From a virus (Duplodnaviria; Caudoviricetes), in IMG/VR virus record IMGVR_UViG_3300017700_000649, positions 1-59,753 of that record: a stretch of DNA of 59,753 bases; one strand, written 5' to 3'. Every line of letters starts with the position of its first letter. Position 1 is the first letter of the stretch. This document shows positions 26,990 through 36,262 of this stretch, one piece after another. The translations under genes and the position numbers were made by a program. The notes under the pieces were generated by a model. The model searched no databases. It saw only the letters and a program-made list of their open reading frames with translations, and had not been told where the DNA came from.

Positions 26990-28060
26990 TTAGACCAGGA
27001 CCTTCGAGCCGACTTGGCCGACGGCCATCCAGCCGTTGTTCTCGATCATCACGGCCTTCCACCAGATGGTGCCGGCGTAGCCGCGCTGACCGTGAGGGTC
27101 AGACTTCGACTTCTGGCCTGGTGGCAGGTAGGTCGGGTCGAGCGATTCCTTGCCGCGCACAGCGATCTGGCTCCATGCGTCCATGGCCGTCACGATGAAC
27201 GGGTACACGTCGATGCTGGTGCCGGTCGTGCTGTACAGGCCGGTCGCGCCAATGGCCGCGCCGCCGTCCTGGATCGCTGGAAAATCCGGGCTGGTGAAGA
27301 AGCGGAAGCGCTCGCACTTGCCGATCTCGTTGGGCATCGGCGTGCCGCTGGCGTACTTCTCGATGGGCACGAAGTTCGGCAGATCACGGATGTCCGGCTC
27401 GAGGTCGGTGTGGCAGTAGACGCTGTAGCCTTCGGACACGGGGTCAGTCCCGTAGTTGTTCGAGGCGCCCAGCATCTTGTTCACCGGCTTGGCATGGTTG
27501 GCCTGCAGGTTCTTGGCGATCTTGCGCAACATGCCCAGGGTCATCGGGCCGTTCACGGTTACGCGGGTGGTGCCCGTGCCGCCGTAGTACTGGTTCGTGC
27601 AGGCCTTGAGTGCGCCGTACACGATCAGCTCGTTCACGAAGGTGACGCGCTCACCGCACTGCTCGATCATCGCTTGCGGGATGTCGTCTTCGTACAGGTC
27701 GAACGTCTTGTCAGTGAAACCATACAGGCAGGAGTACTGCTGCATGACCACTGTGACGTCCTGGGGCACGATGCTGTCGGGCGTGGGGGTCACACCTTCT
27801 TGCGTCAGGTGAGCCTGCACGATCGCGTTGCCACGGTCGCCGGTGCCGTTCTGGAAGAACCGGTTCATGGTGTTCGCGTCGGTTGCCGTGGCGCCGTAAG
27901 GCAGCCAGCGACGGGCCACGTAGGTGTCGCTGTTGTTCTTGGGCATCTTGACCTGGCGGCCAGCTTTGCTCAGAACTTCCAGAGGCACGGCGTGCTTGAG
28001 GATTTGACCCTTGAATTTATTGATCCGCCCGGGGGTCAAGGCGAAGGATTGCATCGTCAT
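26990..28060 (-). CDS. Major capsid protein, N4-gp56 family
   Basis: MPKN..LTQEGVTP..NEIGKCERFRF..KSDPHGQRG; GGAG RBS. Confidence 0.92.
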   Translation of the reverse strand: MTMQSFALTPGRINKFKGQILKHAVPLEVLSKAGRQVKMPKNNSDTYVARRWLPYGATATDANTMNRFFQNGTGDRGNAIVQAHLTQEGVTPTPDSIVPQDVTVVMQQYSCLYGFTDKTFDLYEDDIPQAMIEQCGERVTFVNELIVYGALKACTNQYYGGTGTTRVTVNGPMTLGMLRKIAKNLQANHAKPVNKMLGASNNYGTDPVSEGYSVYCHTDLEPDIRDLPNFVPIEKYASGTPMPNEIGKCERFRFFTSPDFPAIQDGGAAIGATGLYSTTGTSIDVYPFIVTAMDAWSQIAVRGKESLDPTYLPPGQKSKSDPHGQRGYAGTIWWKAVMIENNGWMAVGQVGSKVLV

Positions 28061-28086
28061 AAAAAACTCCAAAGTTGGGTTTGGGG

Positions 28087-28968
28087 CTATCCGTTGCGGA
28101 AGCCCTCGTCAAAGTCGTCGTCGTCCGTTTTGGTGTCAGCGTGTCCGCCTACACCTCGCGGTGCTGCTGCCGCCACTTCCATGCGGCTCTGCCTTTGGGA
28201 GATAGTTGCCTTGGCCTTCTCGGCGGCCTTGAATTTCGTCAGGGCTTCGCTGATTACCGAAGAATCGAAGGTGTCGTTGACAAGCTTCTGGTACTCGGCC
28301 GGCTGGGCAGCCAACCAGGTGCGGTAAGGGTTCTTGGAGTCCGGCTTGCCCGCGTCGACGACTTCTCGCCAATCCGGGTGCTCACGGCTCAGAAGCCGCG
28401 ACTCGACCAGGTACTCGACCCTGTCGTCCACCCCTTTGAGGGCAGGCTCCAGGCCTTTCCTTACCAACTCATCCACTTGTCCAGGGTCGAAGGCTTCACC
28501 GGTCCCAGTCCCGCGCAACTTGATCTTGCTCAGGGCTTTGTTGAACACCGTGCGTTGCATGGTGGCCAGCTCGGGGTACTCGGCGGCAAACTCGGCCATG
28601 TCCTCTTCGGACAACTCAACCGCCTCGCCCGCCGGCGTGGTGTTCTGAAGCTCCTTGATCAGGCGCTCGATGCCGCCGATCTTTCCAAAGGCTTTGTCGT
28701 TGTTCTGGGTCAACGTGGTCCGCAGTTCTTCAACTGCGGCGGCGCTGGCTTTCAAACTTGCGAGCTCTTCCTTGGTGATCTGCACGAATTCGGGCGCTGC
28801 TGGTGCGGCAGCCGTGGCTGCTGCTACGGGGGTTTCTTCCTGGCCATCCTGCTTCTCCGGCGTTTCCGTGGGAGCTGCAGGGGCATCGGCGAACCCCGCG
28901 TCAAAGTCTTCGTCTGTTCCTTCAACCTGGTTGTTCTCAACTACTTCCGTTGATACTTCTGGTGGCAT
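28087..28968 (-). CDS. Scaffolding protein
   Basis: Acidic and helical; HPDWREVV; ends DDDDFDEGF; precedes the capsid gene. Confidence 0.75.
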   Translation of the reverse strand: MPPEVSTEVVENNQVEGTDEDFDAGFADAPAAPTETPEKQDGQEETPVAAATAAAPAAPEFVQITKEELASLKASAAAVEELRTTLTQNNDKAFGKIGGIERLIKELQNTTPAGEAVELSEEDMAEFAAEYPELATMQRTVFNKALSKIKLRGTGTGEAFDPGQVDELVRKGLEPALKGVDDRVEYLVESRLLSREHPDWREVVDAGKPDSKNPYRTWLAAQPAEYQKLVNDTFDSSVISEALTKFKAAEKAKATISQRQSRMEVAAAAPRGVGGHADTKTDDDDFDEGFRNG

Positions 28969-29079
28969 TTGCTATCTCCAAAACACAAAGCCCGCACAAG
29001 GCGGGCTCAAGATCGCGACCGGCGAGTTAACGTGGGTCACAGCGGGTTGCCGTGCGGGTTGCCCCGGGCGGCGGGAAAC

Positions 29080-29325
29080 TTAATCGATGTCTGGCGTCAG
29101 GTCTGGCAGGTCTTCCGCCAGAGCAAGTAGCGCTTTCAGCTCTGCGATGCGTCCGCGCAGTAGAGCGGTTTTGCTCTCCGGCTGGTCGGCATCGTTCTGC
29201 TTTCGCAGTGTGAGAATTCGGTTTTCCACGTGCTTGGCCAGCTTCAGCCAAAGTGCGCTCTGGCGATCTGCGGTGGAAAGGACTGGCTCAACGCTGTCCG
29301 GGCCTTTTGGTGAGCCGCGCTTCAT
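29080..29325 (-). CDS. Small helical protein after the portal (Bbp19-like)
   Basis: LRKQND..TALLRGRIAELKALL. Confidence 0.7.
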   Translation of the reverse strand: MKRGSPKGPDSVEPVLSTADRQSALWLKLAKHVENRILTLRKQNDADQPESKTALLRGRIAELKALLALAEDLPDLTPDID

Positions 29326-31724
29326 TTGATGAACGCCTCACCGTCAGGGGCGCGGCCTGCGGGCTCAAATGCCGGTTTAGCAACCTGCGGCGCGTTACCT
29401 TTTTCCTTGTGCAGGTCCACGGTCATGGCGGCCAGGGTCAGGTCCTTTTGCGCGTTTAGCTTCATGGCCTCTTTGGCGAGATCCGCCCGGATGTTGTCCA
29501 GCGTCACCTTGTTGGTGTTCGCGTACTCCAGCAAGGCAAGCTCGCGGCGCAGGCCAAGCTCCGTCATGGTGGCCAGGTGCTGGTTCTCGTCGCGCTTGGC
29601 CTGCGACTGCACGTGCACGGTGTCGCGGTCGGTGTCCTGCTTGGCGAGTTCCACGTTCTCCTGGCTCTTGGCCTGGGCAATCTTCTCGGCGGACTGCGCA
29701 CGGATGGTGGCGGCCTCGACAGCCGGGGCCTTTTGCGGCGGCTGGCTGTCGATCTTTTTCTGCTCTTCTTCCGTGTACTGGATGGTGCGTGGGTCCAGGC
29801 GTTTGGACTTCATGAACTCGGCGAACCAGCTCTTTGGGTTGATGCCGAAGGCCGGGTCCTTCACCATGCCGCCCATCTGGGCAATCGTCTGGTCCTGGAT
29901 GGCGCGCTCAACGAGGGCGGCCGAACCGTGGGCATTGATCTGCCAGTCACCCTTCTCTTCGTCCGGCACCTTCGGGTCCAGCAGCAGGTATTCGTAGTAC
30001 TGGTTCACCACTGGCTCGGTGACAAAGTCGTCGACCGTGTACCCGATGCTGCGCAGAAGCTGGTTGGCGTTGGTATTCTGCAGCTGGGCGGCGCCGTAGG
30101 TCTCCGGCGTCGTCGGCCCGGACTGGCCTTGCGTGATCAGCGGGATGCTGGTCGCCTCTTCCGCCAGCTTGAACGAGTAGTCGATGATCGCCATGAGCTG
30201 CGGGCCCATGTTCGGGAACTGGAAGGTCGCAAAAGCCTTGCGGACATCGTCGATCGTGGCGTCTGCGCTCTTGTACCAGAGCTTTTCATCGGTAACGACC
30301 CAGGAACCATCCGCCGGCGTGATGTTGCCGCGGTCTACCACGGTCTGGAAGCCAGCGGACTTGCCGGCGTTGCCGAGCATGCGGCGGGTGGCCGCGTTGA
30401 TCATCCGCTGCGGGGTATTGAGCTGCTCACCGATGCCGACGCCAGCCCAGTGCCCAGCGCGCCGGCGCCATGGGAAGGCGTGGTAGGGAAAGGTTCCGGA
30501 ATCCAGGGGGTTGAAGACCGCCTTAACCGCGGTGTCATTGACCATCGTGACGATGGCGTAGCAATCTGCCTCCCCTTCGGGCATCATCCCCGCCTTCTGA
30601 TCGGCGTTCAGGTTGCTGGCGTCGATCATGGTTTCCATGTCTTCGCGGGTCAACTGGCCGTAGAAGTACCACGTCGGGTAACGGTGTTCATTGCTGCGTG
30701 AGTCCTGCCGGCGACCGTCTGTTTCCAGATCACGCTTGCCAGGCCCCTCCAGGAGCACCTTATCGATTTGGCTGCCGATGTAGCCGGGGAGTTTCTTCAG
30801 GCCCTTGACCTGCTTGGGGGAAAGGAAGTCCCGCTCGAAGAAGTAGTCCCCGTTCTGAATGTTCTCTCCGCACGCGCGGTCTGGGAAGCAGTCCCAGGCG
30901 GATACGCAGCGGCTGGCTGGAACCAGCTTTTCTACTCGCTCCAGCTTGATGACACCGGCCGCGTCCCTCGTGATCGCCTGGCTCTTGCGCTTCTCAGGAA
31001 AAGGGGCTTTGAGGACGCCCACGCCGATACGGGCGCCGTCAAAGATCACCTTTCGCATCTCGGCCGGGTACTTGCTCTCGACCATCCAGTCGTAGATGCG
31101 CTTTTCGGCTTTCTTGGCGGACGCCTTGGCCTGGTCCAGCTTCTCCTGCGCCAGGTCTTTCACCTTGATTGGAACGCCTGCGGCGGGGTCGATGGGTGGT
31201 GCGCCTGGGACTTGCTGCGCAGCCAGCTCTTCGGGACTTGCGTCGCGCATCAGCGGCTCGCCGGCGTCGGACGTGACCTGCCGTTCGTCTTCCTTGCCCT
31301 TGATCAGCTCCGGCACGGGTGTGGCGTCGAAGCTGAACGGCTTGTCGTCGATCGGGATGAGGATTTCACCCAGCTTGGCGGCGCCGGCGTCCACATACCG
31401 GCTTGTCATGGGAATGAAGACCGTGCTGCGCACCTGGTCCTGCGTGCCCTTGTTGGCGCTGGTGGTTACCGGGCCGCTGGGGCTGGTTGGCTTGATCCAC
31501 TTGGCATCCGCGAACTCGCCTCGGTTCAGGTCATCGATGCCGATGTACGCCTCTTCCGCCTTCGTCCAGACATCTTCAATGCCGCTGGCTTTGCGTGCTT
31601 CGACCGCCTCCTTGCGCTTGCCGAGCACGATGAGACTGATGGCCTCAAGGCGCTCTTGCTGCATGGACTCGCGCTTATCCAGCACCTGCTGGACAACAGG
31701 CGGTAGGTTGCGGGTACGTGGCAT
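29322..31724 (-). CDS. Portal protein
   Basis: 800 aa between terminase and scaffold; IGVGVLKAP, WAGVGIG. Confidence 0.88.
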   Translation of the reverse strand: MPRTRNLPPVVQQVLDKRESMQQERLEAISLIVLGKRKEAVEARKASGIEDVWTKAEEAYIGIDDLNRGEFADAKWIKPTSPSGPVTTSANKGTQDQVRSTVFIPMTSRYVDAGAAKLGEILIPIDDKPFSFDATPVPELIKGKEDERQVTSDAGEPLMRDASPEELAAQQVPGAPPIDPAAGVPIKVKDLAQEKLDQAKASAKKAEKRIYDWMVESKYPAEMRKVIFDGARIGVGVLKAPFPEKRKSQAITRDAAGVIKLERVEKLVPASRCVSAWDCFPDRACGENIQNGDYFFERDFLSPKQVKGLKKLPGYIGSQIDKVLLEGPGKRDLETDGRRQDSRSNEHRYPTWYFYGQLTREDMETMIDASNLNADQKAGMMPEGEADCYAIVTMVNDTAVKAVFNPLDSGTFPYHAFPWRRRAGHWAGVGIGEQLNTPQRMINAATRRMLGNAGKSAGFQTVVDRGNITPADGSWVVTDEKLWYKSADATIDDVRKAFATFQFPNMGPQLMAIIDYSFKLAEEATSIPLITQGQSGPTTPETYGAAQLQNTNANQLLRSIGYTVDDFVTEPVVNQYYEYLLLDPKVPDEEKGDWQINAHGSAALVERAIQDQTIAQMGGMVKDPAFGINPKSWFAEFMKSKRLDPRTIQYTEEEQKKIDSQPPQKAPAVEAATIRAQSAEKIAQAKSQENVELAKQDTDRDTVHVQSQAKRDENQHLATMTELGLRRELALLEYANTNKVTLDNIRADLAKEAMKLNAQKDLTLAAMTVDLHKEKGNAPQVAKPAFEPAGRAPDGEAFIK

Positions 31725-31727
31725 TTG

Positions 31728-31973
31728 TTAAGCAGCCAAGCCGACCAGGGCGGTGGCCGTGGTTCCCGTGGCGTTCACGCGATTGACCTCAACCGGCAAG
31801 ATGCTGCCCACCGGGACTGCGGTGAACAGAACGACTGTGCCGTCCATCATGACGGCCGTGATGTTGCCGGCCCCGCCCACGTAGATGCCGCGGGCGGTGG
31901 CCTGGAGGTTCACGGTGTCGCTCGGCGTGATCGGGAACGCATAGCGGGCAACGGGGTTGGGTACAAATTGCAT
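31728..31973 (-). CDS. Head spike base protein-like (RcGTA Rcc01079 family)
   Basis: AFPITPSD..RGIYVGGAGN..GSILPV..RVNATGTTATALVGL. Confidence 0.8.
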   Translation of the reverse strand: MQFVPNPVARYAFPITPSDTVNLQATARGIYVGGAGNITAVMMDGTVVLFTAVPVGSILPVEVNRVNATGTTATALVGLAA

Positions 31974-31988
31974 GGTGAATCCTTTGGG

Positions 31989-33455
31989 TTACAGGCCCAT
32001 GCCTGCGTCAGACGGCTGGAAGGGTGCCAGGCGGTCTTGGGTTTCTGGGACTTGAACTGCCGCTTTGCGCAGCATCATCAGGGCGTAGCGCGTGGCGCTC
32101 ATCAGGTCATCACCGACCTTCACGATCTTTCCGTCATCGCGGTGGTAGAGACGGAACTCTTCCCACCACTCGTGCAGGTGCGCGGCGACCTTCAGGCGGC
32201 CGGTCTGCATGCGGTCCAGCATGTCCATCAGCCCGGCCTCGACGCCATTGCCGCCGGTTCCTTCGGGCTTACCCTTCTCCGGCGGGTGCGTCGCCTTGTC
32301 CTTGAGCATCTTCACGCCCAGGTTGCGGTATTGCGTGGCCAGCTGCTCGCCTGAGCCTTTGTCGTGTTGCAGGCCGTCATGCGGCCATGCGAATGGAATC
32401 CACTTTCCCTTGGCCGTCATGGCTGCCGCGTGAATGACGGGGGTTGCTTCGCGCTTGCGGTAGCAGTCGTAAACGTGCACGGTGTCGGTGTCACGGTCGT
32501 AGGCTATCCACACCGCCGCGGTTGGGTGATCCCATCCAAAGTCCACGCCGCCGATGCGCGGCCAGTGCCTGGGCAAAGACAGCACCGGCTCCCTGACGTC
32601 CTCTTCTGGGATCGGGAAGATGCGGCCAGAGCCCAGCGTCGGGATGCCCATGGAGCGTGCTTCGCGCTCGTGCGCCGGGTAACTGGCGATGATGGCGGCC
32701 CGTTGCGCTGGCGTGTAGTGCTCGGCGTCGTGGATCGTCATCGTGGTCACCGCGGTGCCTGGATGCTTGTCAATCAGGAAGCGTTTAACGACGTCCGACA
32801 TGCCCTTCAGCGGCGTGAACGTCACCCAGACGATGCCCTGCGTGGCGTTTGTCCGGGTCAGGCCCTCGATGTAAATGTCTTCCGGCGGCTCCTCGTCGAA
32901 CCAGACGAAGTCCAGGGTCTCGCCCTGCCAACGCTCGCGGCCCTGGTCGTATGTCTTTAGTGTCACCCGGCTTACTCCGCCGGTCTCGTGGCGCACCAGG
33001 ATGGTTTCCACGGCGTCCGCTACACCGTGCGATGCCCTCTGAATCTTCAGAATCCTGTCGGCTGGGATGGCTCCAGTGCCCCACGCACCTACCGGCCCCA
33101 GCAGCAGCCGCTGAACCGTGTCCCGCGTTCCCTGGCTGGTCTCAGATGCCGCCCAACCAGTCACTGGCTCGTTGAATACCGCGCCCTCCCAGTCCTCTGG
33201 GTAGAGGCCAGTAAGGTGCATGGCGCACTCGAACGAACCTGCAACCGTCTTGCCCAGCTGGTTGCCGGCGATTAAAAGGCGCTCGCGCACCGTGAAGTCA
33301 GCGCCCAGCGTGTGGAATTCGATCTGCTTGGCGTACGGCTGGTAATCGGCCAGTTTGAACCTGGCGAGCTCGTTGATGGCCTCCGCCAGCAACGCGGCGC
33401 TCTCACCTGGCAGGAGTTGATCCAGCCAATCGAGGTCGTCAGCGAGCTTTGGCAC
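31989..33455 (-). CDS. terL: Terminase large subunit
   Basis: Walker A AGNQLGKT, Walker B VWFDEEP, nuclease motifs DFGWDHP and DDLMSA. Confidence 0.95.
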   Translation of the reverse strand: MPKLADDLDWLDQLLPGESAALLAEAINELARFKLADYQPYAKQIEFHTLGADFTVRERLLIAGNQLGKTVAGSFECAMHLTGLYPEDWEGAVFNEPVTGWAASETSQGTRDTVQRLLLGPVGAWGTGAIPADRILKIQRASHGVADAVETILVRHETGGVSRVTLKTYDQGRERWQGETLDFVWFDEEPPEDIYIEGLTRTNATQGIVWVTFTPLKGMSDVVKRFLIDKHPGTAVTTMTIHDAEHYTPAQRAAIIASYPAHEREARSMGIPTLGSGRIFPIPEEDVREPVLSLPRHWPRIGGVDFGWDHPTAAVWIAYDRDTDTVHVYDCYRKREATPVIHAAAMTAKGKWIPFAWPHDGLQHDKGSGEQLATQYRNLGVKMLKDKATHPPEKGKPEGTGGNGVEAGLMDMLDRMQTGRLKVAAHLHEWWEEFRLYHRDDGKIVKVGDDLMSATRYALMMLRKAAVQVPETQDRLAPFQPSDAGMGL

Positions 33456-34260
33456 TGAGCCTCTCCACGACAGCCTTCAGTTTTTCCCTGTCGATACCGT
33501 CCAGCAGGCTCTTCTGCTTGTTGTCCTTCTCGTACAGACCCAGGTGTTTGGCCACCTTTTCCAGGGCCTCGCCCTTGTTGTGCGTCAGCACCTGCAGGCC
33601 GTCTTTCGTTTCCTTGACGCCGGCATAGAGCGCCGCAGCGCCCTTGCTCAGCTTGCGCGTGTCCTTGAATATGGTGCGGCCCACGCCTTCACCGAAGCAT
33701 TCAGGGCAGTCCGGGTTTGGCGTCCTGCGCTTGTCGTACCCGATACCGCCCTTGGCGTCGAACTCGGCACCGATGGGGTTTCCGTCTTCGATGGCCTTTT
33801 CAGCCCTGGCGCTGTACTCCGCTTCCTCGCGCTCTTGCTCAGCCGCCGTGCGCTGGTAGCGGTTGTCCTTGCCCCAGCAGTACCGGCAGCAGCCGATGAC
33901 ATGCTCCACAAGCTCCCGGGCATCCGCCGTTGCGATGCCCCAGATATGTTGCAGTGCGTCTTCGGCGGTGATGCTCAACGTCTTTGAGCGCTCCTGCTTT
34001 GCGGCTGCGATGGCATCAACCAAGTTAGCGTCCGCTAGCAATCTGCACGCCGCCACGCGGGCGGTGCCGTTCGTCACGTGCGGGAAAACCCTCAAGTAAG
34101 CCTGCGTGCCGTTCAGGTCGATCAGGTATTCCTCGACGAAGCGCTCTTCGTTGGGCGTCAGCATGTGCGGTCCACTGCGCTGGGTCAGGACCGGCTTGGA
34201 CTTGCGCACGGCGCTCGCTGCCGGCGTCTTCTTCGCTGGCTTGGCAGGTGTCTTGCCCAT
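33439..34260 (-). CDS. terS: Terminase small subunit with zinc-binding insertion
   Basis: LTPNEERFVEEYLIDLNGTQAY; CCRYCWG..CPECFGEG; ALEKVAKHLGLY. Confidence 0.9.
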   Translation of the reverse strand: MGKTPAKPAKKTPAASAVRKSKPVLTQRSGPHMLTPNEERFVEEYLIDLNGTQAYLRVFPHVTNGTARVAACRLLADANLVDAIAAAKQERSKTLSITAEDALQHIWGIATADARELVEHVIGCCRYCWGKDNRYQRTAAEQEREEAEYSARAEKAIEDGNPIGAEFDAKGGIGYDKRRTPNPDCPECFGEGVGRTIFKDTRKLSKGAAALYAGVKETKDGLQVLTHNKGEALEKVAKHLGLYEKDNKQKSLLDGIDREKLKAVVERLSAKAR

Positions 34261-34463
34261 CACAGGCCCTTCAGGTAGCTCAGGATTAGCCGGTCGAGCA
34301 CGCGCAGCGACTTCGCGGCGTTTTGGCGTGCCAATTCGATCTGGTCTTCGGGGAAGACTTTGGCGTCCTTCATGCGGTGCACGATCAGGTTGTTCGCCTG
34401 GCACACCGTGGCCATCGTCCCAATGCAGTTATTGAAGACGGCTGGCGGGTGCATGGCGATCAT
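34260..34463 (-). CDS. Hypothetical protein
   Basis: Packed ORF overlapping the terS start. Confidence 0.6.
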   Translation of the reverse strand: MIAMHPPAVFNNCIGTMATVCQANNLIVHRMKDAKVFPEDQIELARQNAAKSLRVLDRLILSYLKGL

Positions 34464-34470
34464 TCGGTGG

Positions 34471-34746
34471 TCAGTCCCTGACCAGGCGCAGGCCGTTGGG
34501 ACCGTCGAGCTGCAGGCCCTGGGGCTGCGCTTCTGCGGTGGCCGCCATCTCCGCGGACGGCACAAAGGCTCCCTCAACCCACTGCACGGCTTCCGTGGTC
34601 TTCATGCCGGCGATGCTGTCCAGGTACTTCAGCACCAGGTTAGCGTGCTGGTGGGCGTGGCTGTCTTTGTTGAAGCCGCCTTCCAGGAACAGGCTCATGC
34701 TGATCTGGCCGTCGACGTCGTCCAGGGTGATAACTGCTTTTGGCAT
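34471..34746 (-). CDS. Hypothetical protein
   Basis: Coupled to the upstream gene. Confidence 0.7.
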   Translation of the reverse strand: MPKAVITLDDVDGQISMSLFLEGGFNKDSHAHQHANLVLKYLDSIAGMKTTEAVQWVEGAFVPSAEMAATAEAQPQGLQLDGPNGLRLVRD

Positions 34747-35130
34747 TTACTTGCCCTTCCCGGCTTTGGCTGGGGCTTTCTTGGCCGCCGGCTTCTTGCC
34801 GGTGAGTTTTTCCACCACGCGCTTGGCCAGGCTGGGCTTTGCGGCCTTCACCGGCTTTGCGGCTGGCGCTGCTGGCGCTGCTGGCGCCGGCTCTACGGGC
34901 GCGTTGGCTTCCTGTTTCAAGGCTTCGGCTTGCTCCGGGGTTTCCACCGGAACGGGCTCGATCGGGACTTCGCCGGCAGGCGTGGGCTCTGGCAACTGGC
35001 CCAGGCAGGCATGGCCTTCCCAGTCAGCGTCGTCATCCCGGCTGGCCAGGAAGTCAGCGATCTGCTGCTTGTTGTGGAAGTTTTTTTCTTCGCCGGTCAC
35101 GGCGTTTCGCAGGGGAATCAGGAATTGCAT
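34747..35130 (-). CDS. Hypothetical protein with Lys/Ala/Pro-rich tail
   Basis: AAGGA RBS; histone-like C-terminus. Confidence 0.7.
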   Translation of the reverse strand: MQFLIPLRNAVTGEEKNFHNKQQIADFLASRDDDADWEGHACLGQLPEPTPAGEVPIEPVPVETPEQAEALKQEANAPVEPAPAAPAAPAAKPVKAAKPSLAKRVVEKLTGKKPAAKKAPAKAGKGK

Positions 35131-35138
35131 GGCAGTCC

Positions 35139-35477
35139 TTACATGTCCGCGGGCATGCCGGGTTTGGCTCCCATTGCGGCTGGCTTCGCGCCGAAGCCTT
35201 CGTCGAATTCGTTGTCCGCCTTGTCGCTGCCTTCCCTCTCCAGGATGTCAATCACCAGCTTCAAAGCGTCGCCGATGTTGTCGGCCGTCATTTCCTGTCC
35301 GGGCTCTTCACCGGGCATAGGGGCAGGCTCAGGCTTCATTTCCTTGGCCACCTTGAAGGTGCCGTCGGGCCGAACGTAGATTTCGATGCAGTAACCGCCC
35401 TGCTCGGGTGCGGCGCCCATAGCGGGATCTGCACCGGGTGCCATGGCGCCAGGGGCTGGAGGGGTCATTGGGGGCAT
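35139..35477 (-). CDS. First late-operon hypothetical protein
   Basis: Pro/Met/acidic; host-like codon usage. Confidence 0.7.
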   Translation of the reverse strand: MPPMTPPAPGAMAPGADPAMGAAPEQGGYCIEIYVRPDGTFKVAKEMKPEPAPMPGEEPGQEMTADNIGDALKLVIDILEREGSDKADNEFDEGFGAKPAAMGAKPGMPADM

Positions 35478-35748
35478 GGCAGGCTTTCAGGTGGGAAATA
35501 AAAACCCCGCTGGGCGAAACCATGCGGGCGTAAAAGGTGGCAACTGCGGGTTGTTCACCTTGGAGACGATCTGTTCGGTTGGGCGGCGGGCCCCGGGACG
35601 TCCCTGGTGGAGGGGAGCTGGTGCCCGGGGCCGTTTCGCTGGCTGCGGTTAACTCACCGCTGCTCGAGCCAGTCCGACGCCAAGAACCAGTGCTTGGGAA
35701 GCTGGCAGGCGTTTGAGTGGGCTGGTAGCCCGGCGTGGCCGGGGGTTC

Positions 35749-35824
35749 TGGCGGGCCTGGAAGGACTTGAACCTTCAGCCTTCGGTTTTGGAGACCGGTG
35801 CTCTGCCAGTTGAGCTACAGACAC
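35749..35824 (-). tRNA. tRNA-Trp(CCA), 76 nt with encoded CCA and two stem mismatches
   Basis: GTGTCTG TA GCTC AACTGGCA GAGC A CCGGT CT CCA AA ACCGA AGGCT GAAGG TTCAAGT CCTTC CAGGCCC G CCA. Confidence 0.9.
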
Positions 35825-35832
35825 GAAAAATT

Positions 35833-35958
35833 GATGGCGACCGGGCTACCTTCACTTTTCGTGATTGAGCGCGATCTCTAAAGCTGGGCGGGCCATGCTG
35901 TCGTCACTGCTTCCGGGCCGGGTGCTATCCGGCCAGATCCAGTCATGCGGTTGCCATC
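35833..35958. ncRNA. Candidate structured RNA in the late leader
   Basis: 11-bp closing stem GATGGCGACCG/CGGTTGCCATC with nested helices. Confidence 0.5.
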
Positions 35959-35965
35959 GGAAACG

Positions 35966-35991
35966 AAAAAGCCACCTCGGTGGGTGGCTTT
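35966..35991 (-). terminator. tR'-like terminator after the late promoter
   Basis: AAAGCCACC-CACCGA-GGTGGCTTTTT on the minus strand. Confidence 0.8.
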
Positions 35992-36084
35992 GGAAATCTG
36001 TGGGGGTGGCTTCGCCATCGAAGTGGCGGGACCTTTTGATCTTATCGGGTCGGTAAATGCCGACTCGTGTGTACAGGTGGCGGG

Positions 36085-36114
36085 ATTATAAGGCCGGTTT
36101 TACAACCTGCGCAA
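36085..36114 (-). promoter_or_regulatory. pR'-like late promoter
   Basis: TTGCGC-N18-TATAAT downstream of the Q-like gene and about 90 nt before a terminator. Confidence 0.7.
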
Positions 36115-36262
36115 CAACATTCTGATTTTCGAGTACTTCTCTCGCCCGTTCCTCGCTGACTGACGCCCATCCTGTAAACCATGGGTCTTCGTTTGGATCT
36201 ACCCCAGGAGGCAAGAACACCACGTATCCCATTCGCTCCCACCACTGGCCCGGCAGTTTCAT
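36086..36262 (-). CDS. 58-aa hypothetical protein coupled to Q (absent from the ORF track)
   Basis: ATGA overlap with the Q stop; MKLPGQWWERMGYVVFLPP..VVKPAL. Confidence 0.5.
   Translation of the reverse strand: MKLPGQWWERMGYVVFLPPGVDPNEDPWFTGWASVSEERAREVLENQNVVAQVVKPAL

Noticed and set aside
35660-35748. HDV-like (theta) ribozyme after the tRNA
   Set aside because: I could not assemble the P1-P4 nested pseudoknot by eye
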